From Candidatus Spongiisociaceae bacterium (GTDB lineage: Bacteria > Actinomycetota > Acidimicrobiia > Spongiisociales > Spongiisociaceae), in the NCBI GenBank assembly GCA_965262915.1, contig OZ253564.1, forward strand, positions 4,544,001 through 4,608,000: a stretch of 64,000 bases of DNA, given 5' to 3'. The position numbers and the translations under genes are program-made. Shown here in pieces: positions 28,358 through 39,254 of the stretch; positions within the stretch are counted from its first letter, which is position 1; the number at the start of each line of letters is the position of its first letter. The notes beneath the pieces are model-generated. The model searched no databases and was not told the origin of the DNA. It saw only the letters and a program-made list of their open reading frames with translations.

Positions 28358-29371
28358 CTAGATGGTCAAGTCCAGCGCCGCCGCCAGAGCGCGCATCTGC
28401 TCCATCAACTGGGCGAACTCGGAAGGAAGCAGGGCCTGGTCGCCGTCCACCTGCGCGGTCTCCGGTGCAGGGTGAACATCGATGATGAACCCGTCGGCCC
28501 CCACGGCGATGGCAGCTCGGGCCAGCGGCGCAACCAGGTGCCGGCGGCCCGACGAATGTGACGGGTCGATGATCACCGGGAGATGGGACATTGTCTTGAT
28601 GACCGGCGCCGCCGAGATGTCAAGGGTGTTGCGCGTACTGGTCTCGAACGTGCGGATGCCCCGCTCAACCATGACCACCTCGTGGTTGCCCTCCTTGTAG
28701 ATGTACTCGGCGGCGTTGAGCCATTCGTCGATGGTGGCGGTGAAACCTCTCTTGAGGAGGACGGGCTTGTGGACCTTCCCGACCTCCGAGAGCAAGGCGA
28801 AGTTGGCCATGTTGCGGGTGCCGATCCGTAGCATGTCGGCATAGCCGGTGATCATCTCGACCTCGCGCGGATCCAGGACCTCGGCTACGAAGGGGAGGTC
28901 GAACTCCTCACGCGCCTCGGCCAGCAGCTGTAGGCCCTCCTCGGCCAGGCCCTGAAAGGAGAACGGGCTGGTGCGGGGCTTGAATGCGTCTCCCCGCAGG
29001 ATCGTCGCGCCCGCATCACGCACAGCCTCCGCGGTGCGGAAGAGCTGATCCCGGCTCTCGACCGCGCACGGCCCTGCGATGGGAGCGAACACCCCGCCAC
29101 CGATCTGTGCAGTCCGCACCTTGATAACCGTGTCTTCGGCCTGGAACTCACGGGATACGAACTTGTAGGGCTTGAGCACCGGCACGGCGCGTTCCACACC
29201 TGCCATAGCTCCCCAGGGAAGCTGCTGGATGCGCCCTCGATCACCGATAGCGCCGATCACGGTCCGGAACTGGCCGGTCGAGATGTGGGCCTCCGAACCG
29301 ATGTCGGCCAGCCGATGTACCACCCCGGCGATCTGTTCCTCCGAAGCACCGGGCTTCATGACAATGATCAT
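28358..29371 (-). CDS. aroF: DAHP synthase (type I-beta) with N-terminal regulatory domain
   Basis: MIIVMK start with GGAGG SD; AGPCAVES, KPRTSP, LKRG, ERGIRTFE, DPSH. Confidence 0.95.
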   Translation of the reverse strand: MIIVMKPGASEEQIAGVVHRLADIGSEAHISTGQFRTVIGAIGDRGRIQQLPWGAMAGVERAVPVLKPYKFVSREFQAEDTVIKVRTAQIGGGVFAPIAGPCAVESRDQLFRTAEAVRDAGATILRGDAFKPRTSPFSFQGLAEEGLQLLAEAREEFDLPFVAEVLDPREVEMITGYADMLRIGTRNMANFALLSEVGKVHKPVLLKRGFTATIDEWLNAAEYIYKEGNHEVVMVERGIRTFETSTRNTLDISAAPVIKTMSHLPVIIDPSHSSGRRHLVAPLARAAIAVGADGFIIDVHPAPETAQVDGDQALLPSEFAQLMEQMRALAAALDLTI

Positions 29372-29440
29372 CAGGAATCCTCCACCACGTATGCCATGAG
29401 GATAGACCCACCCGGCGGGAGCGCACGAACCGGCGGTGGC

Positions 29441-29576
29441 AGGTAGTCGGTAGCCGCTGACCACTGACCGGTAGCCGATCCGATAGTCAGTGGTTACTGG
29501 TAGCTAGAGCTTGTTGGCCTGTATAACAGTGGTTACTCGATATCAAATACCTAGCAACTGACAACTGACAACTACT
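29441..29576. repeat. Degenerate heptamer tandem repeats in a lower-GC intergenic region
   Basis: GGTAGTC-GGTAGCC-GCTGACC-ACTGACC-GGTAGCC and CAACTGA-CAACTGA-CAACTA; CAGTGGTTACT occurs twice (29488, 29527). Confidence 0.55.
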
Positions 29577-29581
29577 CAACC

Positions 29582-29986
29582 TCAGCGTTCCACCAGGCTC
29601 TGCTTGGACTCCGCTTCGTCCACCCATCCGGCCACCCGGTCCAGAGTGGGTAGGCGGCGCGCCAGGTGGCGCCTGCGGTTGATCTGACCGATCATGGCCA
29701 GCAGGGTCTCGGGATTCTGGCTACGCAACTCCTCGACGGTGAACACGCCCGCGGCGTTGAGCAGATCGCAATACCGGGTCCCGATTCCCTTGATCCTCAT
29801 GAGATCGATCTGCAGGGCGATCTCGAGAAGCTGGGACTCGGTGAGCGATACCCTGCGGGCCAGATCGCACCTGCCCTCCGAGGTCCCGGCCCGGCGCAGG
29901 AACGCCTGGGTGGTCCGTATTCCGGATCGGCGGAGTTGTCGCGCCTGCAAGGGCTCGATGCTCTTGATGGCATCGATTCCAGCCAT
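29582..29986 (-). CDS. DUF4332 family helix-hairpin-helix protein
   Basis: DLMRIKGIGTRYCDLLNAAGVFTVEEL...RLPT...WV. Confidence 0.85.
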   Translation of the reverse strand: MAGIDAIKSIEPLQARQLRRSGIRTTQAFLRRAGTSEGRCDLARRVSLTESQLLEIALQIDLMRIKGIGTRYCDLLNAAGVFTVEELRSQNPETLLAMIGQINRRRHLARRLPTLDRVAGWVDEAESKQSLVER

Positions 29987-30078
29987 GTGTGAAGGACCCT
30001 CCCGTCGATCCGCCCGCCGGCCCGTCCGTCACGGCAGGCTCCCGCAGCAGGAGACTAGTTGGTCAACACGTCCATGTT

Positions 30079-30696
30079 CTAACTGCCAGGACCATCGAAG
30101 TCGGTTTCTCGGCGCAGCCGATCGAGATCTTCCGGGGTGTCTATGTCGCGGGGAGGTGTATCTCCGACCCGCACCTCCTCCACCCATTCGGGATGGGACA
30201 GGAACAGGTTGCGGGCCCCCTGATCCCCCTCCAGGCCGGCTACCAGCCGGGGCCAGAGGGAGCGATCCACCAGCACCGGATGCCCGCGTACAAACCGGTA
30301 GCGGGGAATGACCACAGGTCGGCGTGACCGGCGCCGAGCTTCCAGGAGCATGGGGATCACCTCACCGGGTACGGTGGGCTGATCGGCCAGCACGATCAAG
30401 GCCTGCTCGGCGGCCCGATCCCCGATCAGGGTGTCGAGACCGGCTCGCAGCGACGAGGCCATTCCTTCTTGCCACTCAAAATTCTCGATCACGGTAACGG
30501 ACGAGAGGTCCACCCGCTTCATGATCCGCTCGACCCTGGCGCCGAGAACCACGTACACCGAGTCCACCTGGGGCCACCCGCCCACCCGTTCGATCACGTA
30601 CTCGAGGAGGGGCTTGCCGGCCCAATCGACCAGTTGCTTGGGCCGACCGAACCGCTTCGACTCCCCGCCGGCCAGGATCAGGGCTGCGGTGCCCAT
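30079..30696 (-). CDS. mocA: Molybdenum cofactor cytidylyltransferase-like nucleotidyltransferase
   Basis: ILAGGESKRFGRPKQL, GMASSL, DQP, GHPV, GDQGAR, DIDTPED; position in cox cluster. Confidence 0.88.
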   Translation of the reverse strand: MGTAALILAGGESKRFGRPKQLVDWAGKPLLEYVIERVGGWPQVDSVYVVLGARVERIMKRVDLSSVTVIENFEWQEGMASSLRAGLDTLIGDRAAEQALIVLADQPTVPGEVIPMLLEARRRSRRPVVIPRYRFVRGHPVLVDRSLWPRLVAGLEGDQGARNLFLSHPEWVEEVRVGDTPPRDIDTPEDLDRLRRETDFDGPGS

Positions 30697-30745
30697 GCCG
30701 GACGCGGTGATTGGCTACCACCCGAACCGGCCCGCACCGCGCCGG

Positions 30746-31531
30746 TCATAGGTCCCCCTCGTCATCGGTGCGCTGGAGGTGGATGCGTCCCGGCCTACCC
30801 ACCAGGGACTCTCCGGAACCGGAGCCGTACCGGACCTGGATCATCTCGGCCAGGATGGAGATCGCCACCTCGCCGGGCGTTTCGGCACCGATGTCGAGCC
30901 CCACCGGCCCGTGGATGCGGTCGATCCGGTCTTCCGCAAAACCGGCTGCTCTGAGGCGCTCGACCCGTCTCCGGTGGGTGCGACGGCTCCCCATCACGCC
31001 GATGTACTTGGCGGGACCGGGCAATACGAGCGGCAGCACCGGATCCTCGAACCGGGCGTCATGGCTCAGCAACACGACGTAGGTGCGTGCATCGATTTCG
31101 AGCCGGTCGGCCACCTCCTCGGGCCAACCTACGATCACGCTCTCGGCCTCCGGGAAACGCTCCTCGGTGGTGAAGAAGGGCCTCGCATCGTTGACGATGA
31201 CGCGGAACCCCAGCCCGTGGGCCATCCTGCACAACTCCTGCGCTATGTGGACGGCGCCGATGATGATCAACTGTGGCTGGGGAGCGACGGTCTCTATGTA
31301 GACCGAGCGGTCCCCGTAGCCGAGGGTGCGGTTCTGCTCGCGGTCCATCAGGCTGGCCGCATCGGAGGCCACGTCAGCGGCGATCTCACCGGGGATAACC
31401 CCGGCGATCAGCCCTTCGACGCGATCCAGCACCCCCTTGGAGCCCGTGTCGGGACCGTCCACGACGGTAACCACCACCCCCAGGCGTTCCGCCTCGACGA
31501 GGTGACGTACTGCTTCCACTGGGCTCACCAT
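30746..31531 (-). CDS. XdhC/CoxI family maturation factor (Rossmann C-terminal part)
   Basis: [38 protein letters not shown]. Confidence 0.92.
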   Translation of the reverse strand: MVSPVEAVRHLVEAERLGVVVTVVDGPDTGSKGVLDRVEGLIAGVIPGEIAADVASDAASLMDREQNRTLGYGDRSVYIETVAPQPQLIIIGAVHIAQELCRMAHGLGFRVIVNDARPFFTTEERFPEAESVIVGWPEEVADRLEIDARTYVVLLSHDARFEDPVLPLVLPGPAKYIGVMGSRRTHRRRVERLRAAGFAEDRIDRIHGPVGLDIGAETPGEVAISILAEMIQVRYGSGSGESLVGRPGRIHLQRTDDEGDL

Positions 31532-31833
31532 TGTTCTATGAACACCTGGATCGTCCCGCCACACGCCAGCCCGACCTCGAAGGCATCCTCGTCGGCTATC
31601 CCGTAGGTCACAAGGCGCGGCCGGCCGGACTCGAGCACCCCTTGCGCATGCAGGAAAACGTCGTTCTCCACGCAGCCGCCGCTCACCGATCCCTCCATAT
31701 CGCCAGCCGAGGAAACCAGGAACTTGGCCCCCTCCGGCCGCGGCGCCGACCCTTTCACCTTCACGACCGTCGCCACTGCGACTTGCTTCCCTTCCCCGAT
31801 CCAGCGGTCGTACACCGTAAGCGCATCCTTCAT
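31525..31833 (-). CDS. XdhC/CoxF family maturation factor (N-terminal part)
   Basis: [29 protein letters not shown]. Confidence 0.92.
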   Translation of the reverse strand: MKDALTVYDRWIGEGKQVAVATVVKVKGSAPRPEGAKFLVSSAGDMEGSVSGGCVENDVFLHAQGVLESGRPRLVTYGIADEDAFEVGLACGGTIQVFIEQW

Positions 31834-32984
31834 GAAGCCCACGCTCCTCGTCTCGCAGTTGGTTTCGGTGTTGCAGGTATCGACTCTAGGAGCCGAACCA
31901 CCCCGGCGAGGTCCGCCAGCCTGGCCGCCGGCAAGAAGTCGTCGACGTACGGCAGCGCGGCCTTCAAACCACGGGTCTCCGGCGAGTACCCCTTTCGGCC
32001 CGCCAGCGGGTTGAGCCAGATCGTCCGATGCACGGATCGGGAGAGTCGGGCCATCTCCTGGCTGAGAAGTCCGGGATCTCCGCGGTCCCACCCATCGCTG
32101 ATGATCATTCCGATCGGCCCGCCGCGGGCTACACGCCGGCTCCAATGTCTGTTGTAGGTCTCCAGAGATTCTCCGATCCTGGTACCCCCCGACCAGTCGT
32201 GAACCCGCCCGGCCACCAAGCGCAGCGCCATCGCCGGGTCGCGCCGCCGGAGTTCATGGGTGATACGCGTGAGGCGGGTGGAGAACACGAAGGTCTCGAC
32301 CCGGCCCATCCGGGCAGGTGCGGAGTGGGCGAAGTGGAGGAGCATCTCCACGTACTTCTCCATCGAGCCACTCACGTCGGCGATGATCACCAGGGGCCGC
32401 CGCCGCGGTTTACGGGACCGGAACTCCATCTCGATGAGCTCGCTGCGGGGCCCGACCGCGTTCCGCAGGGTTCGGCGCATGTCCGGCCGCCTACCTCTGG
32501 AGTCAGCCAACCAGCGGCGGCTCAACGCCTCGGCGGGTTTCCAGATCATGGAAGCGATCATCCTCCGCACCTCGGCGATCTCGTCGGGAGTCAGCTCTCC
32601 AAAATCACGGGAGCCGAGGCGCTCGCTGTAGGACGCGCCCAGATGCTCACTGCTCTCCCGGATCTCCTCCTCTTCCGACCCACCCTCGGGGGCGAGTACC
32701 GGGAGGTAGGACTGGACCATCAGATCTGACTCGACATCGGCTGTGGGAGGCCTCCGCACACCTCTCCCGAAGAACAGGTCGAAAGCCTGCTCGAAAACAG
32801 GCAACTGGTCGGGCCGGGTGACGACCAGGGACCGGAACCCTGACCTTATGTCTCCCACGTCGTCCAGACCGAGCAGGCGCGCCGCGGTGAGCAGATCCAT
32901 TCCGGTGGGAGGAGTCACCTCAAGGCCTTTGGCCCGGAGGTAGCGGCCGAAGTGGATGACGTTCTGGGCGAATGCGCCGGTCAT
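31830..32984 (-). CDS. coxE: CoxE-like VWA domain protein
   Basis: [35 protein letters not shown]. Confidence 0.92.
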   Translation of the reverse strand: MTGAFAQNVIHFGRYLRAKGLEVTPPTGMDLLTAARLLGLDDVGDIRSGFRSLVVTRPDQLPVFEQAFDLFFGRGVRRPPTADVESDLMVQSYLPVLAPEGGSEEEEIRESSEHLGASYSERLGSRDFGELTPDEIAEVRRMIASMIWKPAEALSRRWLADSRGRRPDMRRTLRNAVGPRSELIEMEFRSRKPRRRPLVIIADVSGSMEKYVEMLLHFAHSAPARMGRVETFVFSTRLTRITHELRRRDPAMALRLVAGRVHDWSGGTRIGESLETYNRHWSRRVARGGPIGMIISDGWDRGDPGLLSQEMARLSRSVHRTIWLNPLAGRKGYSPETRGLKAALPYVDDFLPAARLADLAGVVRLLESIPATPKPTARRGAWAS

Positions 32985-32988
32985 CAGG

Positions 32989-33147
32989 GATCGGTCCGTG
33001 AAATGGTGGTGTGGCATGCGCCGGCAGTGGCGCTAGTCGCAAGGCCCGCCGACGAAGGCGTACCCGCAGCGGTACATCGAGGAGGCGGAACCCAGCGAGG
33101 GGCGCAGCCGGCAAGCAGGGCACGGCGAATCATTTGACAGACCGACC
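32989..33147. mobile_element. Palindromic MITE-like element between coxE and coxD
   Basis: Imperfect 17-bp terminal inverted repeats (GATCGGTCCGTGAAATG / CATTTGACAGACCGACC, 14/17) with nested internal IRs (CCGCC/GGCGG, GTACC/GGTAC). Confidence 0.5.
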
Positions 33148-34038
33148 CCCGTCTCGACCGGCCGCTAGCAGGCGCACAACGCCACCCGACCTGACCCGCT
33201 CGATGTCCTCCTCGTATTTGAGGATCACTCCCAAGGTGTCTACGGCCGCCTCGGGCGACAGCACCTCGGCTCCCAACACCTGGAGGGCCGCCGCCCAGTC
33301 GAGGGTCTCAGCCACGCCAGGAGGCTTGAACAACTCGAGATCGCGGAGCCGCTCCATCGCCCCGGCCAGTTCCCCGGCCAACTCCTTGTCGATCCCGGGA
33401 ACCTTGCTCGTGACGATCGCCACCTCCCGCTCGAATGTGGGGTAGTCGATCCAGTGGTAGATGCAGCGGCGCTTGAGAGCGTCGTGGATCTCCCGGGTGC
33501 GGTTGGACGTGATCACCACCACGGGAGGTTCTTTGGCGGTCACGGTTCCCACCTCAGGGATGGTCACCTGGAAGTCCGACAACAACTCCAGAAGGTACGC
33601 CTCGAATTCCTCGTCGGCTCGGTCGAGTTCGTCTATCAGCAGCACGGGACGGCCGCCGGCGGCCGACATCTCGACCGCCTCCAGCAGGGGACGGGCGATC
33701 AGGTAGTCGCGGCTCATGATGTCCGAGACTGCGGCATCTCCCCCTTCGCCCCTCGCCTCGATGAGGCGGATGGCCAGCATCTGGCGGGCGTAGTCCCACT
33801 CGTAGATGGCGTGCCCCACATCCAGCCCCTCGTAGCACTGCAGGCGCAGCAGCGGCTGGTCGAGGACTGTCGACAGCACCTTGGCAACCTCGGTCTTGCC
33901 TACGCCTGCCTCGCCCTCGAGGAAGAGTGGACGGCCCAGTTGCAGCGCGAGATGGATCGTGACGGCCAGCGAGCGGTCAGCGATATATCGTTGACCGGCA
34001 AGGGCGTCGGCAACCTCTCGAACCGTGGCAGGAATCAT
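33130..34038 (-). CDS. coxD: CoxD-like MoxR AAA+ ATPase
   Basis: LEGEAGVGKT, RLQCYEGLD, LLIDELDRAD, TSNRTREIHDALKRRC. Confidence 0.94.
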   Translation of the reverse strand: MIPATVREVADALAGQRYIADRSLAVTIHLALQLGRPLFLEGEAGVGKTEVAKVLSTVLDQPLLRLQCYEGLDVGHAIYEWDYARQMLAIRLIEARGEGGDAAVSDIMSRDYLIARPLLEAVEMSAAGGRPVLLIDELDRADEEFEAYLLELLSDFQVTIPEVGTVTAKEPPVVVITSNRTREIHDALKRRCIYHWIDYPTFEREVAIVTSKVPGIDKELAGELAGAMERLRDLELFKPPGVAETLDWAAALQVLGAEVLSPEAAVDTLGVILKYEEDIERVRSGGVVRLLAAGRDGGRSVK

Positions 34039-34151
34039 CCCGAGCAGGATACACGCACAGCCGCGTGAGCACGCATCCGCTCACATCCCAGGTCCGCCGG
34101 ACAGAGTCAAGACCCCCGCGTACGGACGGTAACGCCAACCGAACCATGACG

Positions 34152-34207
34152 GGTCCGTGCCGACCCGGGCAGGAGTTCCGACCCCCGCTCCGGGTTGGCC
34201 ACGGACC
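34152..34207 (-). terminator. Imperfect hairpin downstream of coxM
   Basis: GGTCCGTG-CCGACCCGG...CCGGGTTGG-C-CACGGACC. Confidence 0.45.
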
Positions 34208-34220
34208 TGAGTTCTAGCGG

Positions 34221-35087
34221 TTACCCGGCTGCGGCCAGGGCTGCTTTGACTGCCCGGGCGGTGAACACCTGGGCAAGATGGGTCTTGTAGTCGACCGACC
34301 CGTACAGGTCCTCGAGCACGTCGATCCCGCAGGTGGCATGGGCGGCCGCCGCATCGATGGCCGCGTCGGAACCGTCGGAACCGACCAGGGCATCGGCCAC
34401 TTCGCCGGCCAGAACCGGGCGGTTGCCTACCCCGGTCACCGCCACGGTGGCCGCGCTGATCGAACCGTTGGAGCGGGTCACCGAAGCCGCCACCCCTGCC
34501 ACCGCGTAGTCGGTATGACCACCCCGGCGGCCCAGCTTGTCATAAGCCGAACCACTCCCCGCGCCGACCTTCGGGATCCTCATCTCGGTGAGGATCTCGT
34601 TGGGCTCCAGCGCGGACATCAGAGTGTCGACGAAGAAGTCGGCAGCCGCGATCTCACGGGTGCCGCCCGACGAAGCCGCCACCATCGTGGCGCCCAGAGC
34701 CAGCGCCGCCACCGGCTGGTCGGCCGCCACATCGGCATGGACCATCGACCCGCAACACGTGCCACGGTTGCGGACCTGCCGGTCGCCCGTCCAGGAAGCC
34801 GCCGTGGCCAACGCCGCGCCATGCGAGGCAACCAGATCACTGGAAGCCACATCGGCGTGGGTCACCAGGGCACCGATCGAGATGGAATCACCGTTGTCGG
34901 CGATATCGCCCAGCCCGCCGATCCCGCCGATGTCCACCACCAACCCGGGAGACAGCAGGCGCAGCTTCATCATCGGCAGCAGGCTCATCCCGCCGGCAAG
35001 AACCTTGGCGCCCGGATTGGCATCCAAAGCCGCCAGCGCCTCGTCCAGACCGGAGGCCGCTACGTATTCGAACTTTCGTGGATACAT
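34221..35087 (-). CDS. coxM: CO dehydrogenase/xanthine dehydrogenase family FAD-binding medium subunit
   Basis: LAGGMSLLPMMKLR, QVRNRGT, DFF, YKTHLA. Confidence 0.92.
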   Translation of the reverse strand: MYPRKFEYVAASGLDEALAALDANPGAKVLAGGMSLLPMMKLRLLSPGLVVDIGGIGGLGDIADNGDSISIGALVTHADVASSDLVASHGAALATAASWTGDRQVRNRGTCCGSMVHADVAADQPVAALALGATMVAASSGGTREIAAADFFVDTLMSALEPNEILTEMRIPKVGAGSGSAYDKLGRRGGHTDYAVAGVAASVTRSNGSISAATVAVTGVGNRPVLAGEVADALVGSDGSDAAIDAAAAHATCGIDVLEDLYGSVDYKTHLAQVFTARAVKAALAAAG

Positions 35088-35100
35088 GGGCTCCTCCTCC

Positions 35101-37479
35101 CTACGCCCTGGCGTCCTGGATGGCCTGCCAGACCCGCTGCGGCCGCAACGGCATGTCGATATGGGTCACACCCAACGACTCGAGCGCGTCCACCACCGCG
35201 TTGACCACCGTCTGGGCGGCGCCGATGGTGCCCGCTTCACCGATTCCCTTCACACCGAGGGGGTTGATGTCGGTGGGTGTCACCGTGCGGCCCAACTCGA
35301 AGGACGGCAGGTCGGTCGCGGTGGGCAGGATGTAGTCGACCAGCGACGCGGTCAGCAGGTTGCCGTCCTCGTCGTAGATCGCATCCTCGAACATGGCCTG
35401 GCCGACTCCCTGTGCGATGCCGCCGTGGACCTGGCCGTCCACGATCATGGGGTTGATCACATTGCCACAGTCGTCCATAGCGATGTACCGCAGGAGCTTG
35501 GTGTCCCCGGTGACCGGATCGACCTCCACCATGGCGATGTGCGTACCGAACGGCCAGGTGGCGTTTCCGGGGCTGAAGATAGCGTGTGCCTCCAAGCCTC
35601 CCTCCAGACCTTCCGGCAGGAGGTGGGGCTGGTAGGCCGTCTTGGCGATCTCCTCCCAGCTCACCGAGCTGTCGGGAGCGCCTACCACTTGGGCGCCGCC
35701 GTCGGCGAACTCGATGTCGTCCTCGGACGCTTCGAGCAGGTGGGCGGCGATCCGGGCGGCCTTGGCCTGTACCTTCTGAGTGGCCTCGTAGCAGGCGGAA
35801 CCGTCGACCGCTGCCGACCTGGACCCGAAGCTGCCGATGCTGGGAGGGGCCTCCTCGGTGTCGCCGTGGATCACCCGGATCCTGTCGACATCCATGCCGA
35901 GGCCGTCTCCGACTATCTGCGCCCAGGTCGTCTGGTGGCCCTGGCCGGAGGGTCCGGTGCCGATGGAAACGGTGACGGAGCCGTCCGGGTGTACCCGGAC
36001 CAGGCTCGAACCGTTGAAGGCCGACGGCATCTGGTACTCGGCCCACGAGAAGCCAAGATCGACCAGGCCCGAAGGCCCGAAGCCGCACACCTCTACGTAG
36101 GTGGCGAGCCCGACCCCTACATGGCGGCCCTCGGCGCGGGCCGCGTCCCGCTCTGCGAGAAGGTCGGACCATCCGGCCGACTCCAGAGCCGCGTCCAGGT
36201 TGGCCTCGTAGTCCCCGGTGTCCATGGCGAACCCCATGGGCGACACGGCCGCCGGGAACTGGGAGGCCGGGATGTAGTTCTTCCGGCGCACGTCGGCCGG
36301 GTCCATCCCGATCTTCCTCGCGTACATGTCGAGGATGCGCTCCAGGTAGTAGGCGGCCTCCGGACGCCCCGCTCCCCGGTAGGCGTCGGTGGTCATCATG
36401 TTGGTCACGACGCAGTCCATCTTCCAGTGGGTGGGGAAGGAGTACTGGCCGGACCCGACGAAGACCCCTAGGAAGGGGATCGCAACGGTGAAGTTCTGCG
36501 AGTAGGCGCCCATGTCCGCGATGCCTTCGAGCTCGAACCCGAGGATCTCGCCGTCCGTCGTTCCGGTGATCGTGGCGGTGGCGATCCAGCCCCGACCCTG
36601 GATGGTGGAGTTGGCCGCCTCCCTTCGGGTCTCGGTCCACTTCACCGGCCGCCCCAGTTGCTTGGAGGCGAAGGCCACGAGCACTTCGTCGTTGTAGACG
36701 TTGAGCTTGCAGCCGAAGCCGCCGCCGACCTCCATGGCCTTGACGGTCACCTGGTTGAGGGCCATTCCGAAGTACTTGCCGACAGCCCCGGCCAACGCCG
36801 ACGGGATCTGGGTGGACGAGTAGACGTCGAACCTCCCGTAACCGATCTGGTAGTCGGCCATTACCGAGCGGGGCTCAATGGGTACCGGGATCAGCCGCTG
36901 GTTGGTCATCTCCTGGGTGACGACCACCACATCGTCCCTGGACTTCTCCGCGTCGATGCCCGCCTTGACGGCCGCCAAGCCGTCCGCGTCGGCGCCGAAG
37001 GGGCCGGTCCAGGAGACCAGGGTGTTCGAACCCAGATCGTCGTGGACCAACATCTCGTCGCTGAGCGAATGCTTCAGGTCCACGACCGCAACCATCGCGT
37101 CGTAGTCGACATCGACCGCGTCGGCGGCGTCGCGAGCCAGGTACGGATCCTCCGCCACCACCATCGCCACCGCCTCGCCGACGTGCTTGACGGTCCCGTT
37201 GTTGAGCAGAGGCCGCAGGGCCCCGACCGGTGCCTGGGCGACCAGCGGACCGAGATGATCGACATCGGCCGCGGTGTAGACGGCCACCACACCCTCTGCG
37301 GCCTCCGCAGCGGACGTATCGATCGACAGGACCTTGGCATGCGCGAACGGGCTGCGGACGAAGGCCACATGGACCGTGCCGGCCAGCTTGACATCATCGG
37401 TGTACCGACCGCCGCCCTGGATCAGTGCAGGATCTTCACGGCGGCGCACGACACCGCCAAGCACACTCGTCGAACTCAT
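35101..37479 (-). CDS. coxL: Molybdopterin large subunit, form II CoxL-like
   Basis: [20 protein letters not shown], active-site loop AYRGAGR, GQGHQT, GSFGSRS, GVKGIGE. Confidence 0.92.
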   Translation of the reverse strand: MSSTSVLGGVVRRREDPALIQGGGRYTDDVKLAGTVHVAFVRSPFAHAKVLSIDTSAAEAAEGVVAVYTAADVDHLGPLVAQAPVGALRPLLNNGTVKHVGEAVAMVVAEDPYLARDAADAVDVDYDAMVAVVDLKHSLSDEMLVHDDLGSNTLVSWTGPFGADADGLAAVKAGIDAEKSRDDVVVVTQEMTNQRLIPVPIEPRSVMADYQIGYGRFDVYSSTQIPSALAGAVGKYFGMALNQVTVKAMEVGGGFGCKLNVYNDEVLVAFASKQLGRPVKWTETRREAANSTIQGRGWIATATITGTTDGEILGFELEGIADMGAYSQNFTVAIPFLGVFVGSGQYSFPTHWKMDCVVTNMMTTDAYRGAGRPEAAYYLERILDMYARKIGMDPADVRRKNYIPASQFPAAVSPMGFAMDTGDYEANLDAALESAGWSDLLAERDAARAEGRHVGVGLATYVEVCGFGPSGLVDLGFSWAEYQMPSAFNGSSLVRVHPDGSVTVSIGTGPSGQGHQTTWAQIVGDGLGMDVDRIRVIHGDTEEAPPSIGSFGSRSAAVDGSACYEATQKVQAKAARIAAHLLEASEDDIEFADGGAQVVGAPDSSVSWEEIAKTAYQPHLLPEGLEGGLEAHAIFSPGNATWPFGTHIAMVEVDPVTGDTKLLRYIAMDDCGNVINPMIVDGQVHGGIAQGVGQAMFEDAIYDEDGNLLTASLVDYILPTATDLPSFELGRTVTPTDINPLGVKGIGEAGTIGAAQTVVNAVVDALESLGVTHIDMPLRPQRVWQAIQDARA

Positions 37480-37973
37480 GCGGTCTCCCATTCCGCCGGG
37501 GCGGGCTCCTCGCCGCGCAGCTTGGCGCCCGCGTACTCGATCGCCCGCACGATGTTGTGGTATCCGGTGCACCGGCAGAGGTTGCCCTCGATACCGCGCC
37601 GGATCTCTTCTTCTGATGGGTTGTCGTTCTCCTCGAGGAGGGTGACCGCCGACATGATCATCCCGGGCGTACAGAAGCCGCACTGGAGACCGTGGCGCTC
37701 CCAGAAGCCCTCCTGGACCGGGTGCAACTCGCCGTTCTGCGCCAGACCTTCCACGGTGGTGATTTCAGCGCCCTCGGCTTGGACGGCCAGCATGGTGCAT
37801 GAAAGCACCGCCCGGCCGTCGAGTTTGACGGTACAGGCCCCGCAGTAGGATGTCTCGCACCCCACGTGGGTCCCCGTCAACCGCAGATCCTCTCGCAAGA
37901 AGTGGACGAGCAAGGTGCGGGGTTCCACATCTCCCGAAACTCGCCGCCCGTTGACCGACATGGATACCTGCAT
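37476..37973 (-). CDS. coxS: 2x[2Fe-2S] small subunit
   Basis: [28 protein letters not shown]. Confidence 0.95.
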   Translation of the reverse strand: MQVSMSVNGRRVSGDVEPRTLLVHFLREDLRLTGTHVGCETSYCGACTVKLDGRAVLSCTMLAVQAEGAEITTVEGLAQNGELHPVQEGFWERHGLQCGFCTPGMIMSAVTLLEENDNPSEEEIRRGIEGNLCRCTGYHNIVRAIEYAGAKLRGEEPAPAEWETA

Positions 37974-38288
37974 ACAAGGTCTCCTTTCGACGCGGGTCGA
38001 TGCCCCGAAACTGATCAAAGTACCCGAACGCCTTATCGGGGAATCGGCGCTGGCTTTCCTTCCTGTCCGGACCGGACTCGAAGCCTCCGGCCTCGTCCCC
38101 GTCGATGCAATCCACTGTCTGCAACTCCGGATCGCCGAGGCGGTCATTCCGTCCGGCCGTTGCGCCGACGATAGCCGAACTCCCGCTTTCGACACAGTGT
38201 TGCGGCGATCAATTCGCCCGGCGCCCCATATTGAGTCTCCCCAATCGCCGTCGGTCGAATTGGAAGGATTCAGAGGGTTCGCCGACCG

Positions 38289-39155
38289 TCAACGCCGGGA
38301 CTGCATGACTTCTGCGGCTATCTGTTCGGCGATTCCGAACTGTTCGGGCCGGGGCTGGTCGAGGATGAACTCGTTCACCCCGACCTCCGCGTACATGCCC
38401 ACCACTTCGGAGAACGCATCGGGACTCGACCACGGATCGGGGAGACCCTGGGACTTCATATGGGATGCCCATCCGTAGAAGGAGCGGATTATCTCCTTGG
38501 GGTCCCGTCCGATGTCCATGCAGGCCTGGTCCAGCGTCCGGTTGCGCTCGGCCATCTCCTCCACCGACCCGGTGGAGTTCCAGCGATCCGCGAAGCGGGC
38601 GCAGATCCGCAGCATGCGGGGGAGGTGCGCGCCCAGGGTCAGCGGCGGGCGGGGTGACTGCACCGGCTTCGGGCGCAGCCGGGCATCCCGCAGCTGGTAG
38701 TACCGGCCGTCGTAGGTGGTGGAGCGGCCGCGGACGAGAGAGTCGATCACCTCGACGGCTTCCCTGAACCTGTCCACCCGGACGGGCGGATCGTCGAGGA
38801 GTATCCCGAACCGCTCGTGTTCCTCTTCGAACCAGCCGGCGCCCAGACCCAGTTCCAGACGCCCCCCGGAAATGTGGTCGATGGTGAGGGCCTGCTGGGC
38901 CACGAGGGCCGGATGCCGGAACGTGTTGCTGCTCACCAGCACTCCGACCCGGATCCGGCTGGTCACGGCCGACAGCGCGGCCAGCAGGGTCCAGCCCTCG
39001 AAGTACGGGCAGGAAGGATCGCTGGGCCGGATGAAGTGGTCACAATCCCAGATGCTGTCGAAACCCAACTCCTCGAAGTAGCGCCACCGGTCTGTCAGGG
39101 TGGCGTACGGCTGCGCCTGATCCGTGCATATCCCGAACCGGATACTCCCGTCCAT
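38289..39155 (-). CDS. LLM-class flavin/F420-dependent oxidoreductase
   Basis: GFDSIWDCDH, FRHPA, DHISGGRLELGLGAGW, PKPVQSPRPP. Confidence 0.9.
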   Translation of the reverse strand: MDGSIRFGICTDQAQPYATLTDRWRYFEELGFDSIWDCDHFIRPSDPSCPYFEGWTLLAALSAVTSRIRVGVLVSSNTFRHPALVAQQALTIDHISGGRLELGLGAGWFEEEHERFGILLDDPPVRVDRFREAVEVIDSLVRGRSTTYDGRYYQLRDARLRPKPVQSPRPPLTLGAHLPRMLRICARFADRWNSTGSVEEMAERNRTLDQACMDIGRDPKEIIRSFYGWASHMKSQGLPDPWSSPDAFSEVVGMYAEVGVNEFILDQPRPEQFGIAEQIAAEVMQSRR

Positions 39156-39254
39156 CACCGCTGCTCCTCGCCGTTCACCACCGCGAGGATAAACGAGCCT
39201 TCCATGCGCGGCGGGACACCGATACCCCTTCGAGGGACAACCGGGACACGAGGA

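Noticed and set aside
29371-29397. MAYVVEDS* mini-ORF overlapping the aroF start as an attenuator leader peptide
   Set aside because: Only one aromatic codon, no terminator/antiterminator, and its ATG lies 1 nt from the likely -10 (TATCCT), so it is probably not transcribed
35101-37479. True (form I) aerobic CO dehydrogenase
   Set aside because: Active-site loop is AYRGAGR and gene order is S-L-M, both form II traits
16834-37973. Selenium-dependent molybdenum hydroxylase system linking selD and the cox cluster
   Set aside because: Genes are more than 12 kb apart with unrelated genes between, and no YqeB/YqeC is recognisable
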